DNA from: Octopus sinensis | Lineage: Eukaryota | Reading direction: 5' to 3' | DNA length: 64,000 bases | Assembly (NCBI RefSeq): GCF_006345805.1 | Contig: NC_043003.1 | Location: 17,918,001-17,982,000, forward strand | Shown: positions 11,726 through 24,327 of the stretch, piece after piece | How the letters are laid out: the number at the start of each line of letters is the position of its first letter | Position numbering within the stretch: the stretch's first letter is position 1 | The notes under the pieces: model-generated | The model's database searches: none | What the model saw: the letters and a program-made list of their open reading frames with translations, nothing else | What the model was told of the DNA's origin: nothing | Program-made: the position numbers and the translations under genes

Positions 11726-13139
11726 CAAGATGCTAACTAGATATAACTGTTTAGAAACGTTTACTCTTTTTCCTCTTTTACTTGTTTCAGTCATTTGACT
11801 GTGGCCATGCTGGAGTACCACCTTTAGTCGAGCAAATCGACCCCAGGACTTATCCTTTGTAAGCCTAGTACTTATCCTAGTACTTATTCTTTTGCCGAAC
11901 TACTAAGTTACGGAGATGTAAACACACCAGCATCGGTTGTCAAGCAATGTTGGGGGGACAAACACAGACACACAAGCATATACACACACCGATACATACA
12001 TATATATATATACATATATACGACAGGCTTCTTTCAGTTTACATCTACCAAATCCTCTCACAAGGCTTTGGTCGGCCAGAGGCTATTGTACAAGATGCTT
12101 GCCCAAGGTACTACGCAGTGGGACTGAACCCAGAACCATGTGGTTGGTAAGCAAGCTACTTACCACACAGCCACTCTTGCATCATTGGAGAAGTTTTATT
12201 TAAATCAAATTTTTCCAATAATTGCAGTTTTTGAAGGGTAAAACAATAAGAGGAGAAAAGAAAATGCAAAAAGAAAAAACACATTACGTTTTAAAATTTT
12301 TTTATTTCATCAAGTTTCAGCTCATGAGCTGTGGCCATGCTGGGGCACCGCCATTTAAAATTATTTATTAAACAAAACGAAAAGTAAATAAATAAAAATA
12401 ATAATTCTAATTTACTTGCACACTCTGTCTGAATATTTAATTTTTTTTCTTTTCAACAATTGTTTAGCAAATATGTGATAAGAAAATATCTTCAGCCTTT
12501 TTGATACCAACTTGTCCAAGACTATCCTTACTTCTATGATATACAAATAGACTGTTTTAAAATTATCCCAATTAAAAACCTCCATCAAAATTTCATGTTC
12601 TAAACAGCACCCTGATAATTAGAGTTATTCTGCTAAATACTTCATCATTGTCAAAAATACTTGGAGGAAATGCTTAAAAAGAAAATGCATTGGTTAATAT
12701 TAACTTATGACTAATATTAGGCTAAAAGATTAATATTAGCTTATGTAAAGTTATTTTTCCCTGAAAGATTATGGTGGTAGTTTTGGATACAATGAAAACA
12801 TTGTTTATTGCAATATATATATATATAATGATAATAATAATAATTTGAGGGAATATTATTCCTAACTTACAGGAGAAAATTCAATTTAGAAATACTAAAT
12901 CAAATTTCAAAAAATATAATATATATATAAAAATTAGAAAAAAACACCTTCTATCAATAATAAAAAAACACCTTTTATAAATAATAAAAATGTATATACA
13001 TTTTTATTATTATTTTGCAATTTACTTAATCATTGGTATATTATTGTTATTTTATTTTTTATATTTCTATTTTATGTAATTTTCTAGATGGTGTTATTTA
13101 ATTGTTCATTTTGAATTGATAAAAGGTGTTTTTTTTCTA

Positions 13140-13174
<35 letters not shown>

Positions 13175-13178
<4 letters not shown>

Positions 13179-13546
13179 TTTGCAAAGGTGTCATTAATTA
13201 ACTTTTCATGAATTATTTTTCTCATAAATTGTATCGAGATTATTTTTAGACTGGTGGCTGCTGTGATTTCAGTGCCAAACGAATCAGTTGCAGCACAGAC
13301 TTCAAAACGATGGGTTAGGAATCTCTAATCATGGTAACGCGTGCTGATGAAGCTAAGGCTTATTTTGCCAGTGCAGAAACCGGTCCACGTGAATCCAGAT
13401 ACTTAAATGTATGTTAGTAGATTGTCTTAACCTGATTTTGCTTTTGTTTGATTTCTGTAGTTATCATCAGTTTATTTTTGGCGATTTAATAAGAGTTTTG
13501 ACTGTTATTTCAAGCAGGTAGACATACTTACTATGTCCTTTGATTA

Positions 13547-13550
<4 letters not shown>
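13175..13550 (+). mobile_element. About 375-bp hammerhead-containing element between two (TA)n tracts (Penelope terminal repeat or retrozyme-like monomer)
   Basis: Non-microsatellite sequence bounded by (TA)n on both sides, with a central hammerhead and short imperfect inverted ends TTAATTTGCAAAGG and CCTTTGATTAA. Confidence 0.55.
13328..13400 (+). ncRNA. Type I hammerhead ribozyme motif, canonical core, GUC cleavage site
   Basis: cgcgtg-CTGATGA(13344-13350)-stem II-GAAA-CCGG-T-C-cacgtg. Stem I extends through a 3x3 internal loop. Stem III is the palindrome ACCGGT. Confidence 0.75.
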
Positions 13551-13580
<30 letters not shown>

Positions 13581-15382
13581 ATAGAAATAGTAAGACAACA
13601 AATGAATGAAAGAGACCTCGATATTATGTAAATACAGGAATTTATCTGTAATATAATTTGTGACGATTCGGTTACAACCGAATAATTGTCACATATTATA
13701 ATACAGATATATATATATGTATATATATATATGTATATATATATATGTGGATATATATATATATAACATGACTGTTTATGACAGCTTTCTTAATCTGTTT
13801 AAGTTATAGTAAATTATAATTCAACTTCTGTAGTGCACTTTCTGAAAATGTCTTTCAGTAATAAGCATTGATCCATTTAGTATTCAGATTACTTAATCAA
13901 ATGTAATGCCTTCACATTGTCTGAATTAATCATGCATTATCTTGTAGCTTTAACATTTCAATGATTTAAAATGACATTTGTAGGTTAGGGGATGAGAGAT
14001 CTTGCTAGTTTGAACATAAAACAGGTAGGATACTTTTGCTGGATATGGCCAGTTTAAATGTTGAAGGTTTAAAATTTAATTAAAGTACAAGTTGTATATT
14101 ATGCATTCTAAGGTCAGCAATTATCAAATCGCAAAACTGTACAGAAAAAAAAAATGTTTGTAAATATTATTTTTAAGATTGTTTTTTTTTTCTTTTTTTT
14201 TTGTGGTGACTGGGGAACTAAAAGTCTCAAACATGAATCAGTAAGATCTGCCTAATATGTCTTGAATATTTTTTTCATAATAAAAATGTTTACTTAAATG
14301 TCATTGAATTGTCTTTTTGTTAGAGTCTGTTTCATTGCAATTTCCTGTTTATGTAAAACAAATTTTTTAAGAATTTATATTGCCATTTTCAAAATCAAAG
14401 TGCCAAGTCCAAGATTAACTCTTCAGCATTCAGATTGCTCTGTTATTTGTAATGTTTATTTATTCACATTGTTTGGAATTATAGCTCCAAGATTTTGATG
14501 ATGTGAGTGTTTATTTTTAAAATGACATTGTAGGATAGGTATAAGAGGCTGGATTTGGACAGTTTAAATACTAAAGGGTAAGGTAAACTTGTGAATAAAG
14601 GAAATTTATTTGAATACTGATAGAATATAATTATGATATAGTTTCTTGTCTTCATAATACAGGATGTATTATTTATTTATTTTTATGTGCCCTTTTCAAG
14701 CCTAGCCAGGCTCATTGGCCCGGTTTCCCGGTTTCTTTAGCATATGTGTTCCCACCAGCTGAATGGGATGCCAGTCCATTGCAGCATTACTCAAGAAACA
14801 GGAACAGAGAGTGAGAGAAAGTTGGGGCAAAAGAGTACAACAGGGGTCACCACCACCCCCTGCCGGAGCCTCATGGAGCTTTAGGTGTTTTCACTCAATA
14901 AACTAAACACACGCAACGCCCGGTCTGGGAATCGAAACCGCAATCCTCCGACTGCGAGTCCGCTGCCCTAACCACTGGGCCATTGCGCCTCCACAATACA
15001 GGACATATATGCAACCAAAACATTGTGTTTCTTGAGTTTCATTCCTGTACCAAATGTGTTCAGCCACATGGTGGTGCTGGGGTATCTTTTATTTATATAT
15101 GATGGCTGTGTGACTAACATGTTTGCTTCCAACCCACAGGGTTTCAACGTCAGTTGCATTGCATAACACCTTGGGCACATGCCTTCTAATAGCCCTGGGC
15201 TAAACAAAGCCTTGTGAGTGGATACGGTACATAAAAACTGAAAGAAGCCCATCACATATATATTTATATATATATATATAATTTTAAAATAGGATAAAAT
15301 CTTTATAAGAATTTATCAAATAGTTAGCATGAAAAAAATTCATAAGAGAAAAAATCCACCAATTTTTTCACTTAAATGTATT

Positions 15383-15640
15383 TATTTATATTATATAGAG
15401 GGCATCACTATACATAAATGCCACATGCTAGGAGGGACTCTTAAAGTCAAAACTACCAAAATAAATAAACACATCATACTGAATGCAACTCTGGAAGCAA
15501 GTCATTTAAAAACAATAAATGACTTGCTTCGAGAGTTACATTTGGTATGATGTGTTTATTTATTTTGGTAGTTTTGACTTTAAGAGTCCCTCCTAGCATG
15601 TGGCATTTATGTATAGTAATGCCCTCTATATAATATAAAT

Positions 15641-15641
<1 letters not shown>
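15383..15641. repeat. Near-perfect palindrome, 126-bp arms and 7-nt spacer
   Basis: 15383-15508 is the reverse complement of 15516-15641 with few mismatches. Confidence 0.92.
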
Positions 15642-15712
<71 letters not shown>

Positions 15713-17733
15713 AATATAAAGAAAGTTGGGAGGTATGTGATGAATATATTTATTTCACCAGTTGATATCCATAGGATGACTGCCATTTCATCAACATCAT
15801 ACAAAAAAATAATTTATTTTAGTGTATAATAAATTATTTTACATGTCTACATTAGTGTGTATGCTATAAATTGCATAGTGTTATCGTATATTTTACAGAC
15901 AAATGCAGGTAGAGAAGGCTAGCTCTTCAGATCACCAGAATAACATGGTTACATCAATTTTGTAACTCCAGTATACGTATACAAAAAACAGCAGTCATCC
16001 TAGGGTTATCGAATGGTACAATAAATATATTCAACTCATTTCTCCTGACTTTCTTTATATTCTTTATATGCTTCATGAAATAATCTTCACTAGTTGGAAT
16101 TTACTGGATTTCTACTGCACAGGACACTACATTACACTCTTATGTATTGGGGTACTATATGGTTTGTATAGGTGCCACGCAGTGGGAATGAACCCGGAAC
16201 CATGTGGTTGGTAAGCAAGCTATTTACCACACAGCCCCTCCTGTGCCTAATAGGAAACATGCATTTCTGCATTGTTGCACTTGATCAGCTATGCATACTA
16301 AGCTATTATTCAAGGACAGTATGAGCTCATTGCTCTAATATTAGAACAGCAAATAGTATGAAAATAGAAATAATACATTGCTAAATCTCTCAGAGAGATT
16401 TATGCAGTAGCAGCATGATAAAGTGATAGCATGTTGTCAACTTAATGTTTCCTAGGGTTAAATAACAGTAGCATTCTTCCCTTTCATGGGACTGTTACAT
16501 TAAGTTGACAACATACTGTCACTTTAACAAATAGTATGTTTGCTGATGTGTAGGAAGCTTTGTCAAGCTGAAATAGATTTATTACACTTGCACCAAGCAG
16601 CATTGAATGGAATATAGCTATGTGCACTTATCTTTAACATGTTCTCGTGCATTCAATGGACAATACACTGCACAAGTTCTCTCCATACTCCAGCAAAATA
16701 TCATATATTCCTTGACTGATTCAAAATTATGTTTTCAAAATCCAAGTGGGATCACTGCCAGAGCAGCTGTCTGGCACATAAAGAGCACCATTTGAGCGTG
16801 ATCGTTGTCCGCGTCACCTCACTGGCACTTGTACTGGTGGCACATGAACAAAACATTCGAGTGAGGTCGTTGCCAGTGCTGCTGTACTGACTCGTGTGCA
16901 GCTGGCACGTAAAAAACACCATTTTCGAGCGTGGCCTTTGCCAGTACCGCCAGACTGGCCCTCGTGCCGGTGGCACTTTAAAAGCACCCACTACACTGTC
17001 GGAGTGGTTGGCGTTACGAAGGGCATCCAGCTGTAGAAACTCTGCCAGATCAGATTGGAGCTTGGTGCAGCCATCTGGTTCGCCAGTCCTCAGTCAAATC
17101 GTCCAACCCATGCTAGCAAGGAAAGCTGATGTTAAACGATGATGATGATGATGATGATTTATTTATCAGAAAAATTTATGACATGATAAAGAAAACGCAA
17201 CAGAATCTGAACATTGATTGTATTAAATTTATTGAATTGGTAAAGATAATTTGAATACATTTGATTCTCTTGGCACCAGCAGATTTTAAGCACGAAGTGT
17301 TGGTGTGATTTGAACTCATTATGGAATTGGAAGATTCCAAAATGACTTTCATTTATACCAAATCAAAATGTTCAGTCTTATGTTAGATTTTGTCAATTTT
17401 TACTAAAAGTTACAGACCAGATTATGCAATTAAGCAAAGTTGATGAATTTGCATATGCATTTAATTGACAAATTTTATAAAGATTTGAGACTCAGAAGTG
17501 ATGCAATTAACCAGGTTATGAAATTATCCAGTAAGTAATTAAGCAGAAGCAACTCTATTTGGTTTTAAAATTTCCAGCAACAAAATGAACTTAAGTCTTT
17601 AAAAATTTTTAATCTTGGCATAAAACTGTTTTCTCTTAGTATGGCAGCATAGGACCATGGGAGTTGTTCAGATTTTATTTACAAAGAATGTAGAATTCAT
17701 AGGAATTTATGCAGTGTAATACAATCGAGGATT

Positions 17734-17829
17734 TTATTTATTTGAAGTAGCTCTTTTATACTTTTTCGAAGTATCTTGTGAAGTACTTGGCAGTGCAAGA
17801 TTTGGCAGAGCAGTATTCTTCTCTTTAAG
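17734..17829 (-). CDS. FAM221A: FAM221A-like protein, terminal exon 8
   Basis: aatttcAG phase-0 acceptor, then LKEKNTALPNLALPSTSQDTSKKYKRATSNK*. Low conservation, but position, phase and length fit. Spliced CDS totals 939 nt. Confidence 0.7.
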   Translation of the reverse strand, partial: LKEKNTALPNLALPSTSQDTSKKYKRATSNK

Positions 17830-18633
17830 CTGAAATTAATGAAAATTGACAATTTCAAAATGACAATAATCTACTTTACAGAAAAAAAAAAAAAATATTT
17901 GAAAAAAGCCATAAAAGTTTTTAATATGATATCTTCTTAAAAAAATATTTTTTATTTTTTATTTTTATTACAATTAATATTTGAAGAGAGTGTTAATATT
18001 TTAACTTTTTTTTTACTTGTTTCCATCATGGAACAATGTCTATGCTGGGGCACTGCCTTGAAGGCTTTCCAGCTACCAAATTCTCTCACAAAGCATTGGT
18101 TGACACAGGGCTACCATAGAAGACAATCGCCCAAGGTGCCATGTAGTGGGACTGAACTTAAAACCACATGGTAACAAATCAAGCTTCTTAACCACATAGT
18201 CATGCCAGTATCTGATGATAAAATTATTCTGTAAATCTTGTCTTATGCCTCTATTTAGCCCTTGATCAGCCCTGATTGAGCAGATCTCAGTTCGAAGATA
18301 TCTAAAGGCGGTGCTCCAGCATGGCCGCAGTCAAATGACTGAAACAAGTAAAAGAGTAACGAGTAAGAATATATATATGTGGGTTGGAGGAAAAGTTTGT
18401 ACTAGTTTTTGATTGGTGGCATTTTAACACATGATATTGTTTCTCAAGTGACAGAAGCATACGATATATACATATTTTCTGGTCTGGTTGACACAGTGAG
18501 GCAATGATGTTATACATATATATTACATTATGCATATATATCATATCATATACATATCTATTGATACAGTTTCTTGGAAACAGAATAAAAGGAGAGTGGG
18601 CAGGGTTAATAATATTGCTAATGTTTTTCTTAC

Positions 18634-18728
18634 TCGTTCCTGATACCGACGTTCAAAATATTCCATATCTTTTTCTCCTGGTCGCCGAAGAGAAGATTCA
18701 AGCACTTCTACCTCTTTTGGTGAAAGAC
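18634..18728 (-). CDS. FAM221A: FAM221A-like protein, exon 7
   Basis: aattAG and GTAAGA. (G)LSPKEVEVLESSLRRPGEKDMEYFERRYQER (human: SSLRRPEEDDMAFFERRYQER). Confidence 0.92.
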
Positions 18729-18733
18729 CTAAT

Positions 18734-18767
<34 letters not shown>

Positions 18768-18819
18768 TTTCATTTATTTTCCACAAGAGTAATAATAATA
18801 AATAATAATAATAATAATA

Positions 18820-19140
18820 AATGCTCTGATGCAGTACCAGGCAGTGGCTCTCATGGCTCCTGATCTCAACTGATTGGAAGTGTTATCATGTACATTGTTT
18901 TGTCTTGGTATAAAAGATGGGCTACAGCAAATATTCTGCTCAATACCACAGAATTGCTTGTCGGTTGTTTGACCGTAACCAGTTGAGCATGTCCCTTAGT
19001 GGCTGACGATATGTCTGATCATGAGCAGAAGTAGTGGGGGAGCATCATAACCATATGTTGAAAGGAATTCTTAGAGGTTTGGATAATTCACCTTTGGAAA
19101 CATGGGTGGTTCGTTCAACATCCTTAAACAAACCTTATTT
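18820..19140 (-). mobile_element. LINE-type 3-prime end with (TTA)n tail
   Basis: Non-coding segment ending in long (TTA)n runs that abut the FAM221A exon 7 acceptor. Family not determined. Confidence 0.45.
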
Positions 19141-19665
19141 GTGAAACCGATGAGTCATCGGTTACTAAATCAGCAACCTCACGAAGCTTGCTTGGTGAGG
19201 AGGGTGAATCCTTGACACCCTGCAGTATTAAAAGTAAAACCCAGCAGAGGGTGGACAGAACTCGTGAGCCTTGATTGGCAGTCTGTCTAGTAGAAGAACA
19301 CTCTGATTTAAAGCTGGGTTAGATAGGACTCCTCAGTCACAGTGGTGACAACCTGTCAGTGTCCAATCCAGCCATAGAAAATCTGAGTGATGGTTGGGGA
19401 TAAGGGAGGTATCCAGCCATAGAAATTCTATCTCAACAAATTCGTCTGATCTATGCAAGCATAGCAAAATGGATGTTAAATGATGATGATGAATAGTATA
19501 AGGCCAGAAACTTGTGGGGAGGGTACACTGGATTACATCAACCTTCTTAGTGGAAGTATTGTAATAATGGCTGATTCATACACCATGTATATGATCAATT
19601 TACACTTTGCAACAGCTTTGTATTTTTACAAGAATTTAAGAGTAATGTTTAGAAAGAAGGCTTAC

Positions 19666-19761
19666 CAGAACCAAGGGTTTTTAAAGAACTAAGCTGAGAT
19701 CGGAGGAAGGGGTCATCAGATGATACAATAGGTTGAGACAAAATTTCTTCACATGGAGCTC
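19666..19761 (-). CDS. FAM221A: FAM221A-like protein, exon 6
   Basis: gttacAG and GTAAGC, phase 1-1. (G)APCEEILSQPIVSSDDPFLRSQLSSLKTLGS aligns with human VPSVEFLESPITAVDSPFLK. Confidence 0.88.
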
Positions 19762-20142
19762 CTGTAACAAAGAAATACAAAGTTATTTTCGAGTCACGAA
19801 GAATTTCAGTTCTTTGTGTTCTTATTTAAGTTATCACCTGTGAAAGTGCATGGCATAGTGGTAAGGGTGTTGAACTCATGATCATAAGATTGTTGTTTCG
19901 ATTCATCGTCCGGGCAATGAGTTGTGTTCCTGAGCAAGACACTTCTTTACATGTTGCTCTTGTCCACTCAGTGGCAAAAATGAGTAATTTTACAAATGAT
20001 TGGTTCCCTCTCCAGCAGGAATATATATACCACAGAAACTAGGAAACCAGCCTCATGAGCCTATATAACACTGAGAGGGGCACTGTCCTTTTTTATCATT
20101 ACTATATCAGCTTACACAAATTCATAATCATTATGATACATG

Positions 20143-21130
20143 TTAACCCTTTTGTTACCATATTTCTGTTGAGATGCTCTGGGTTTCTTTCAATTAATTT
20201 TAAATATAACAAAGAAATTAGTAAAATAACATAGTTATCATTCAGCTAGTGTTAGGAACATAAATTGTGACTAATATTTTGGTGGAAGATTTTAATTCAG
20301 AACTTTTGGAAACAAGACATTTTTACTACAGAGCCAGAGCTGGTTTCAGCCGGGTTGGTATCAAGAGTTAAGAATTGTTTCTCTATTATATATTTTAACC
20401 CTTTTGTTACTGTATTTATTTTGAGATGCTCTGTGTTTCTTTCAATCAATTTTAAATATAACAAAGAAATTAGTAAAATAACTTTGTTATCATTAAGCTA
20501 GTGTTAGGAACACAAATTGTGACTAAGGTTTGGTGGAAGATTTTAATTCAGAACTTTTGAAAACAAGACATTTGTACTTAGAGCCAGAGGTGGTTTCAGC
20601 TGGGTTAGTATCAAAAGGGTTAAGAATTGTTTCTCTATTATATATTTTAACCCTTTTGTTACCATATTTCTGTTGAGATGCTCTGTGTTTCTTTCAATAA
20701 ATTTTAAATATAACAAAGAATTCAGTAAAATAACTTAATTATCATTCAGCTAGTGTTGGGAACATAAATTGTGACTAATATTTTGGTGGAAGATTTTAAT
20801 TCAGAACTTTTGAAAACAAGACGTTTTTACTACAGAGCCAGAGCTGGTTTCAGCAGGGTTGGTATCAAAAGGGTTAAGAATTGTTTCTCTATTATATATT
20901 TTAACCCTTCTTTTACCATATTTCTGTTGAGATGCTCTGTGTTTCTTTCAATTAATTTTAAATATAACAAAGAATTTAGTAAAATAACTTCATTATCATT
21001 AAGCTAGTGTTAGGAGCATAAATTGTGACTAAGGTTTGGTGGAAGATTTTAATTCAAAACTTATGAAAACAAGGCATTTTTACTACAGTGCCAGAGGTGG
21101 TTTCAGCCGGGTTGGTCTCAAAAGGGTTAA
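20143..21130. repeat. Tandem array of four piggyBac-type MITEs
   Basis: Four TTAA-CCCTT...AAGGG-TTAA units of about 230 bp separated by an identical about 24-bp spacer. A solo copy lies at 33660-33887. Confidence 0.9.
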
Positions 21131-22170
21131 GGATGCATCAATAAAATGCTAGAGAAAAGGCTTGAAGAATGGCAGAATTCTATAAGAAATACAGATCAAA
21201 TGATTATGTTTTCTTCTATAAATCATAGCACTGCTCACAATTGCAACTTTAACATTCCATCCAGTTTTAGAAACTCTGCCCACCTCATTAGAATGCCACT
21301 CAGTTTTCAGAATTTATTTCATATACACATGACTCTAGTTATTATCCCTGGATTCAGGCCACTTTCACTTTTTGAAATGTATTTCTTGATAACAAAATGT
21401 TTTCACACCTCTTTCCCAGATCCAGCCCACCTTTCCCTCCATATGCACCTTATATGTAATTGGTTCAAAATTTTGGCACTAATGGCCAACAAGTTCGGGA
21501 AAGTGAGTAAGTTGGTTACATTGACCCCAATGCTCAGCTGGTACTTATTTTATTGACCTCTGAAAGATGAAAGACAAATGTATGTGATTGCATGACTGAC
21601 CAGGCTATCAAATGGCTTTACACATCACTGGTCACAATGCGTTTTTGCATGTTTTAGCCTTCGAATGATGCCATCCTACTGGTTAGGCGAGAAGGCCATC
21701 GTACCCCACCATCCACCGGTCAAAAGGAGACTGGAGCAACAGGAAATGAAGTGTTTTGTTCAAGAATACAATACACCATCCAGTCAGGGAATAGAACCCA
21801 CGATCTAGCAATTGTGAGTGCAACTACCTAACCACCAGGCCACGTGCCTTCACATGTATGTATGCATGTATAATATAATATAATAATAATGATCTTGTTG
21901 TATACAGTGCTCAGGTGCACTGCAACTCCTCAAAGCAAGTAACCAAAACTGCATGGACAGAACATAGAATGTGCACGGGAAGTGGACAGTGAAAAAAGTC
22001 TAAACAAAAAAGAAAGAAAGAAAGACAGAAAGGAAGAAAAAGAAACGGGGGTGGGGTGGGAGCATCAGGTGTACTGTTGGTGAATTTCAGGAAGCCTGGA
22101 AGTTTTGATGTATGTATGTATGTATGCGTGTGTGTATATGTATGCATGTGTGTATGTATGTATGCATGTA

Positions 22171-22201
<31 letters not shown>

Positions 22202-22310
22202 GTGTATGTATGTATGTGTGTATGTATGTATGTGTGTGTGTATGTATGTATGTATGTGTGTGTGTATGTATGAATGTATGCATGTATGTGTGTGTATATG
22301 TATGTATGTA

Positions 22311-22343
<33 letters not shown>

Positions 22344-22765
22344 GAATGAATGTATGTATGTATGAAGGCACATGGCTTAGTGGTTAGAGCGTTGGGCTTA
22401 CAATCATGAGGTAATGAGTTCAATTCTCAGCCTGGGCTGTGTGTTGTGTTCTTGAGCAAGACACTTTATTTCATGATATTCCACTTCACTCAGCTGCAGA
22501 AATGAGTTGGCGACATCACTGGTGCCAAGCTGTATCAGTCTTTGCCCTTCTTTGGATAACAACGGTGGCGTGGAGAGTGGGGGGCGGGGGGCTGGCATTC
22601 ATGGGCGACTGCTGGTCTTCCATAGACACCCTTGCCGGACTTGTGCCTCAGAGGGGAACTTTCTTGGTGCAATTCCATGGCCAGTCATGACCAAAGGGGT
22701 TCTTTACCCTTACCCTGCATGTACATCTGCATGTATTTATGTATATATGTCTACATGCATGTGTG

Positions 22766-22799
<34 letters not shown>

Positions 22800-22998
22800 T
22801 GTATGTATGTCTACATGAATGTATGTATGTATGTATGTGTGCATATGTATGTATGTATGTGTGCATATGTATGTATGTATATATGTGTGCATATGTATGT
22901 ATGTATGTATGTGTGCATATGTATGTATGTGTGTATGTATGTGTGCGTATGTATGTAGGTATGTATGTATGTGTGCATATGTATGTATGTATGTGTGC

Positions 22999-23029
<31 letters not shown>

Positions 23030-23120
23030 TGTATGTGTGCATATGTATATATGTATGTATGTATTTATGACTCAAACAAAGTAGGTATACCAAAGTGCAA
23101 TAGAATTCTTTAGTGCTTAC

Positions 23121-23333
23121 CAATTCCACTGTCGTCCAATCTCATGTAACCATCAAGCAAAGAAGAGAAACCTGTGATTCCACCCATAGCAGCATAAGGA
23201 GTCGGTTGCCCAATGGGGTGGCCTCTTTCTTCTCTCTCCTTCTGCGTTTCAATCACTGTTTGATGCATATTTATTGGATAGCCGCAACCACAAGTTGTAG
23301 AGTTTTGAAAGCCAAAACACTTGCAACAAGTTT
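23121..23333 (-). CDS. FAM221A: FAM221A-like protein, exon 5
   Basis: aactAG and GTAAGC. TCCKCFGFQNSTTCGCG...HQTVIETQKEREERGHPIGQPTPYAAMGGITGFSSLLDGYMRLDDSGI, which contains the FAM221A hallmark PYAAMGGxTGFSSLxxGYMRLDDSG. Confidence 0.95.
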
Positions 23334-23544
23334 CTAGTTTGCAGAAGAGAATATAAAAAATAGAGAATAAATAAATCATGTTAATAAAATGTTATGCCAT
23401 TAACAAGATCGTTTTTAAATGGAGAGGTTGCCATTGATGTAACTATGAACAGTATGAAAATTTAAATAAAATTCCTCTTTTTTATAAAATGTGAAAAAAT
23501 GAAAAATGCAAACTAGAATTCTTAAATACAAAGTGAGGCGAGAG

Positions 23545-24327
23545 TACCATAAATCCTCGAGTATAATCTGCATTTTTTCCCCAAAATTTAAAGGTTAAAA
23601 TCCTTATTGTGTGTTTATGACTCAAACAAAGTAGATATACCAAAGCGCAATAGAATTCTTTAGAGCTTACCAGCTCCACTGTCGTCCAATCTCATGTAAC
23701 CATCAAGCAAAAAAGAGAAACCTGTGATTCCACCCATAGCAGCATATTCCCTCTCAAATTCATACACTTATCGCACCGCTCCTTCAGGTTTTCTAGGCCC
23801 TGTAAAAGAACTCAGAAGGTTGGGCCTCCAAACAGGCTTTTTACAATACCCTTAAAGCCAGAAACCTTCCAGTACCCTACGACGTTAAAAATGAAAAATA
23901 TTTTCTAAGCAATGTTCGAGTCTCTATTTGCTGTCTGGCAATGTTTATTCAGATGCATTTTGTGATGTTGGGCGCGAAAATACCTTAAGCTAAGCCTGAA
24001 AGCAATGAAGTCAAAAAGAATCATCCATAACTTGCAGTAAGAAACCTTTAATTAAATAAAAGTATTCAGTACACAGAATAACATGTAACAAAAACAATTT
24101 GCAAACATATTTACATTCCCATATAACAGTTAAGAACATCACCATTATTGTATTACGCATGTGCGAAGTGTTTGTTCGACTACGTGCTGCTGGCTTAATT
24201 AAGTACAACTCAAGTTAGAGAAGTGGTGCATATTATACACAAGGTTTAGGATTTTCAGAGGTACGTCCCCCTAAAAATTCCCTGCATATCATACTCAAGG
24301 GCAGACTATACTCAAGGATTTACGGTA
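23545..24327. mobile_element. Tc1/mariner-superfamily (pogo/Tigger-like) MITE containing a captured FAM221A exon fragment
   Basis: Ends TACCATAAATCCTCGAGTATAATCTGC and GCAGACTATACTCAAGGATTTACGGTA are inverted matches at 24/27 positions including the TA. Confidence 0.8.
23614..23746 (-). pseudogene. Partial duplicate of the FAM221A exon 5 3-prime end plus donor site
   Basis: 133-bp copy of 23064-23196 (offset 550). Reads YAAMGGITGFSFLLDGYMRLDDSGA followed by GTAAGC. Confidence 0.9.

Noticed and set aside
13331-15922. Two-exon micropeptide MVTRADEAKAYFASAETGPRESRYLN|TNAGREG* (donor-like site at 13409, acceptor near 15898, AATAAA near 16020)
   Set aside because: The first part overlaps the hammerhead motif in a (TA)n-flanked element, which explains the sequence better. 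No homology is recognisable. Only RNA-seq could revive it.
20143-21130. CRISPR-like repeat-spacer appearance; also the 46152 minisatellite and 29400 units
   Set aside because: Spacers are identical or simple repeats, the units are MITE or SINE modules, there are no cas genes and the context is eukaryotic.
21911-23129. Long HTYI/MYVC ORFs here and near 44076, 46140, 57414, 59634, 63253
   Set aside because: They are translations of (TATG)n, (TG)n and (TCTA)n microsatellites, not genes.
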